A DNA stretch of 53,101 nt from an uncultured Campylobacter sp. (lineage in GTDB: Bacteria; Campylobacterota; Campylobacteria; Campylobacterales; Campylobacteraceae), in assembly GCA_964637895.1 (NCBI GenBank), contig CAZWYE010000001.1, positions 1 to 53,101 on the forward strand, in the 5' to 3' direction. Numbering within the stretch: position 1 is the first letter of the stretch; every line of letters starts with the position of its first letter. Below, in pieces: positions 50,047-53,101 of this stretch. The translations under genes and the position numbers were made by a program. The notes beneath the pieces were generated by a model. The model made no database searches, was not told the DNA's origin, and saw only the letters and a program-made list of their open reading frames with translations.

Positions 50047-51426
50047 CTAGCCCTCAAATCCTCTTTCTTCAAAAATCGCCTTATCCGCAAAACGCGATTC
50101 TTCTTTTAAGAAAAACACATCTACTGTGCCTACCGGACCATTGCGGTTTTTGCCTACTATGATTTCAGCGTTTTCTTGTTTGGGGTGAGGAGTGAAAATT
50201 TTATTATAAGGCTTATCTTCGGCTTTTGCTCTGTTTTCTCTTTCTTTTTCTTCTTGTTCTCTATAAATTTCATCGCGATAAACAAACAAAATCGTATCCG
50301 CATCTTGTTCTATAGCTCCACTTTCACGCAAATCACTAAGCATAGGTCTTTTGTTCGAGCGGCTTTCTAAAGAGCGGTTAAGCTGCGAAAGTGCAATAAT
50401 TGGCATATTTAATTCTCTTGCTAAAAGCTTAAGTCCACGCGAAATTTCACTCACTTGCAAGTGTCTGTCTGTAAATTTCGAACTACTCATCATAAGCCCT
50501 ATATAATCAATCACACAAAGTTCTATATTTTCTTTACTTGATTTAAGCTTTCTTAAAAACGAACGCACCTCGTTAATGCTTGCATAACCGCTATCGTAAA
50601 TGTAAAATTCTTTTTCGTTAAGTGTGTTGCACGCATCGCTTATCCTTTCCCATTCGTTGTCGTTTAAATCGCCTGTGATGATCTTTTGCAAGGCTATGGA
50701 GGTTTTAGCCGCTAACATTCTTTGCAGAATTTGCGTTGCAGGCATTTCAAGCGAAAACATTACTACGCCTTTATTAAGCTTTAAAATTTTATCGATGAAA
50801 TTTAAGCACAAGGTCGTTTTTCCCATACCCGGTCTTGCTGCTATGATGATTAGTTCGCCTTTTTTAAAGCCTTTTGTAAGAGAATTTAGCTCCTTAAATC
50901 CCGTATCAAGCCCTATGAGACCTTTATTTTCAGCACTTAGTTCTTTAAGCTTTGCAAATTCGTCCATAAGCTCTTGTAAAACGATTTCTACCTCTTTAAT
51001 CCCCCTTGAATTTGCCCTGTTACTAAGCTCGAAAAGATCCTTTGAAATTTCATCGGTAATCTCACTTACAGAGCGATCATCATTAATCTTACTTGGCAGG
51101 AGTTGGGCGAAATTTAAAAGCTGTCTTTTGACCGATTTTTCCTTAAGTTCTTTCGCATAAGCGACAAAATCGACCACAGAAGGAGTAGAAATAATCTCGT
51201 TTAAAACTTGCTCGTCAAGCTTTTTATGTTTTTTTAAAAAACTCAAACTAAGCGGTTCGCCTGCATTCACACAAGCCATCATAGCCTTAAAAACTTCCGT
51301 GTGAGCCTTAAGGTAAAAATCATTCGCTTCAATCTCTGTAAGTACACAAGAAAACGCATCTTCGCTACACAAACAAGCATTTAAAACAGCTCTTTCAAGG
51401 TCTAAATCAAAATATTCACTTTGCAT
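50047..51426 (-). CDS. dnaB: Replicative DNA helicase
   Basis: AARPGMGKT, FSLEM, IDYIGLM, LSQLNR, SDLRESGAIEQDAD and KNRNGP motifs. Confidence 0.97.
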   Translation of the reverse strand: MQSEYFDLDLERAVLNACLCSEDAFSCVLTEIEANDFYLKAHTEVFKAMMACVNAGEPLSLSFLKKHKKLDEQVLNEIISTPSVVDFVAYAKELKEKSVKRQLLNFAQLLPSKINDDRSVSEITDEISKDLFELSNRANSRGIKEVEIVLQELMDEFAKLKELSAENKGLIGLDTGFKELNSLTKGFKKGELIIIAARPGMGKTTLCLNFIDKILKLNKGVVMFSLEMPATQILQRMLAAKTSIALQKIITGDLNDNEWERISDACNTLNEKEFYIYDSGYASINEVRSFLRKLKSSKENIELCVIDYIGLMMSSSKFTDRHLQVSEISRGLKLLARELNMPIIALSQLNRSLESRSNKRPMLSDLRESGAIEQDADTILFVYRDEIYREQEEKERENRAKAEDKPYNKIFTPHPKQENAEIIVGKNRNGPVGTVDVFFLKEESRFADKAIFEERGFEG

Positions 51427-51596
51427 TTTTTACTTTCTTAGAAAATTCTCGCATTAAATTTGAAATCTTAGCAAATAAAGGCTTAAAAAATGAAATTCTA
51501 CTCGTTTTAAAATTTAGCTTTTAATTTGTGTTGAAATTTCGCTAAATTTATTTTATTATAAGCAAAATATAAACTTAATTTAAGTAAAATTGAGGC

Positions 51597-51676
51597 TTTA
51601 TTTCACACGCATCAATCCTTTTAGCTTGATTTTAAAAGGGTGCGGAGGAAAAAGCTAAATTTAAGGAGAAAAATTT
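51597..51676 (+). promoter_or_regulatory. rpsB 5' leader, probable S2 autoregulatory RNA structure
   Basis: -10 TAAAAT at 51585-51590. The leader has CACAC, pairing of CGCA with TGCG and CCTTTTA with TAAAAGG, a GGGT element, and TTAGCTT complementary to AAGCTAA. Confidence 0.65.
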
Positions 51677-52471
51677 ATGGTTAGTATGAGGGATTTGCTC
51701 GAGTGCGGCGTACATTTTGGGCATCAAACAAGAAGGTGGAATCCGAAGATGAAAAAATTTATCTTTGGCGAGAGAAAAGGTATCTATGTCATAGACTTGC
51801 AAAAGACTCTAAGGTATTTTAGATACACTTATAATGTAGTACGCGACGCTGCTTTAGAGGGCAAAACTATACTTTTTGTCGGCACGAAAAAGCAAGCTGG
51901 CGGAGCGATTAAAGAATACGCCGAAAAATGCGGTATGCCTTATGTTAATCATCGTTGGCTTGGCGGTATGATGACGAATTTTGATACTATAAGACAATCA
52001 ATTAGAAAATTAGAAGTCATTGAAAAAATGGAAGAGGATGAGAGCATCAAGCTTTTAACGAAAAAAGAAGCCTTAATGCTTACAAGAAAAAAAGAAAAGC
52101 TTCTTGCTTATCTTGGCGGGATTAGGTATTTAAAAATGCAGCCGGATATGATTTTCGTCATCGATACGGTTAAAGAAAAAATTGCCGTGCAAGAAGCAAA
52201 CAGGCTTAAAATTCCTGTGGTTGCTCCTTTGGATACGAATTGTGATCCGGATTTGGTAACTTATCCTATTCCAGGAAATGACGATGCTATCCGTTCTATC
52301 CAGCTTTTCTGTCAAGAAATGGCTGAAGCGATTAACGAAGGAAAAGCCTTAAGAGAGCAGGATGAGGGCGAGAATGCAAAGCAAGAGGACGAGATTATTA
52401 GCGATGAAGAAAAACAAGAAATACTTAATGAATTAATGAGTGAAGAAGATTTTGAAGAGGTGCAAGAATAA
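51677..52471 (+). CDS. rpsB: 30S ribosomal protein S2
   Basis: [20 protein letters not shown] and DTNCDP motifs. Confidence 0.98.
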   Translation: MVSMRDLLECGVHFGHQTRRWNPKMKKFIFGERKGIYVIDLQKTLRYFRYTYNVVRDAALEGKTILFVGTKKQAGGAIKEYAEKCGMPYVNHRWLGGMMTNFDTIRQSIRKLEVIEKMEEDESIKLLTKKEALMLTRKKEKLLAYLGGIRYLKMQPDMIFVIDTVKEKIAVQEANRLKIPVVAPLDTNCDPDLVTYPIPGNDDAIRSIQLFCQEMAEAINEGKALREQDEGENAKQEDEIISDEEKQEILNELMSEEDFEEVQE

Positions 52472-53101
52472 TGGCTGAAATAACTGCTGCGATGGTAAAG
52501 GAATTAAGAGAAAGCACAGGTGCTGGAATGATGGACTGCAAAAACGCCCTTAAAGAAACGGAAGGAGATTTTGATAAAGCCGTTCAACTTTTAAGAGAAA
52601 AAGGCTTAGGCAAAGCCGCAAAAAAGGCAGACCGCTTAGCAGCTGAGGGTTTAGTAAGCGTTAAAATTAGCGATGATTTTAAAAGTGCTACCTTAAGCGA
52701 GATAAATTCAGAAACGGATTTTGTCGCTAAAAACGAGCAGTTTATAGCCCTTACTAAAGATACCACTGCTCACATTCAAAGCAAGGGTTTGCAAGATATA
52801 GAAGAGCTTCACTCAAGCACAATAAACGGCGTGAAATTCGAGGAGTATTTAAAAAGTCAAATTGCAACCATAGGAGAAAACTTAGTTGTTCGCAGGTTTG
52901 CGACCTTAAAGGCTGGAGAAAAAGGCGTTGTAAATGGCTATATCCACACGAACGGACGCGTGGGCGTGATTATCGCAGCAGCGTGCGAAAACGAGGAAGT
53001 TGCGAAAAAAACTCAAGGCTTTTTAAAGCAGATTTGTATGCATATAGCGGCGATGAAACCGCTTTTTTTAAGCTATAAAGAACTTGATGATGATTTTATA
53101 A
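52471..53101 (+). CDS. tsf: Elongation factor Ts (5' part, runs off the window)
   Basis: Manual translation: [27 protein letters not shown]...EINSETDFVAKN. TAATG overlap with rpsB. Confidence 0.97.
   Translation, partial: MAEITAAMVKELRESTGAGMMDCKNALKETEGDFDKAVQLLREKGLGKAAKKADRLAAEGLVSVKISDDFKSATLSEINSETDFVAKNEQFIALTKDTTAHIQSKGLQDIEELHSSTINGVKFEEYLKSQIATIGENLVVRRFATLKAGEKGVVNGYIHTNGRVGVIIAAACENEEVAKKTQGFLKQICMHIAAMKPLFLSYKELDDDFI

Overview
Chromosomal segment of an AT-rich Campylobacter species, probably not C. jejuni: the genes resemble C. jejuni orthologues but occur as shuffled blocks. It is mostly core genes: glcD (partial), an M23 peptidase, Cu/Zn efflux genes (copA, copZ-like, czcD), yebC, a cyclophilin, dedA, tsaE-lptB-rpoN, a FlhB-C/FliK-like pair, hemL, folD, lepB, dapD-mrp, ispDF through pgpA, rpsT-prfA, dprA, ilvC, rnr-holA, hypFBCDEA with hydE, a MATE transporter, lpxD, ilvIH, dnaB and rpsB-tsf (tsf partial). 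Two accessory pockets stand out. The first (18.57-20.68 kb) holds a doubly frameshifted FlxA-like gene behind two sigma28-type promoters, a PepSY-like gene with a perfect DccR-type direct repeat, and a small signal-peptide ORF with an ATA start. The second (28.2-30.3 kb) holds a beta-class SPPY DNA methyltransferase plus an HNH nuclease inserted after prfA. The long intergenic spacers and one low-complexity protein linker are densely packed with RAATTY, the CtsM methylation motif needed for natural transformation. No tRNA, rRNA, CRISPR array, transposase or prophage was seen. C. jejuni locus comparisons are from memory and need checking. Motif counts were made by hand.
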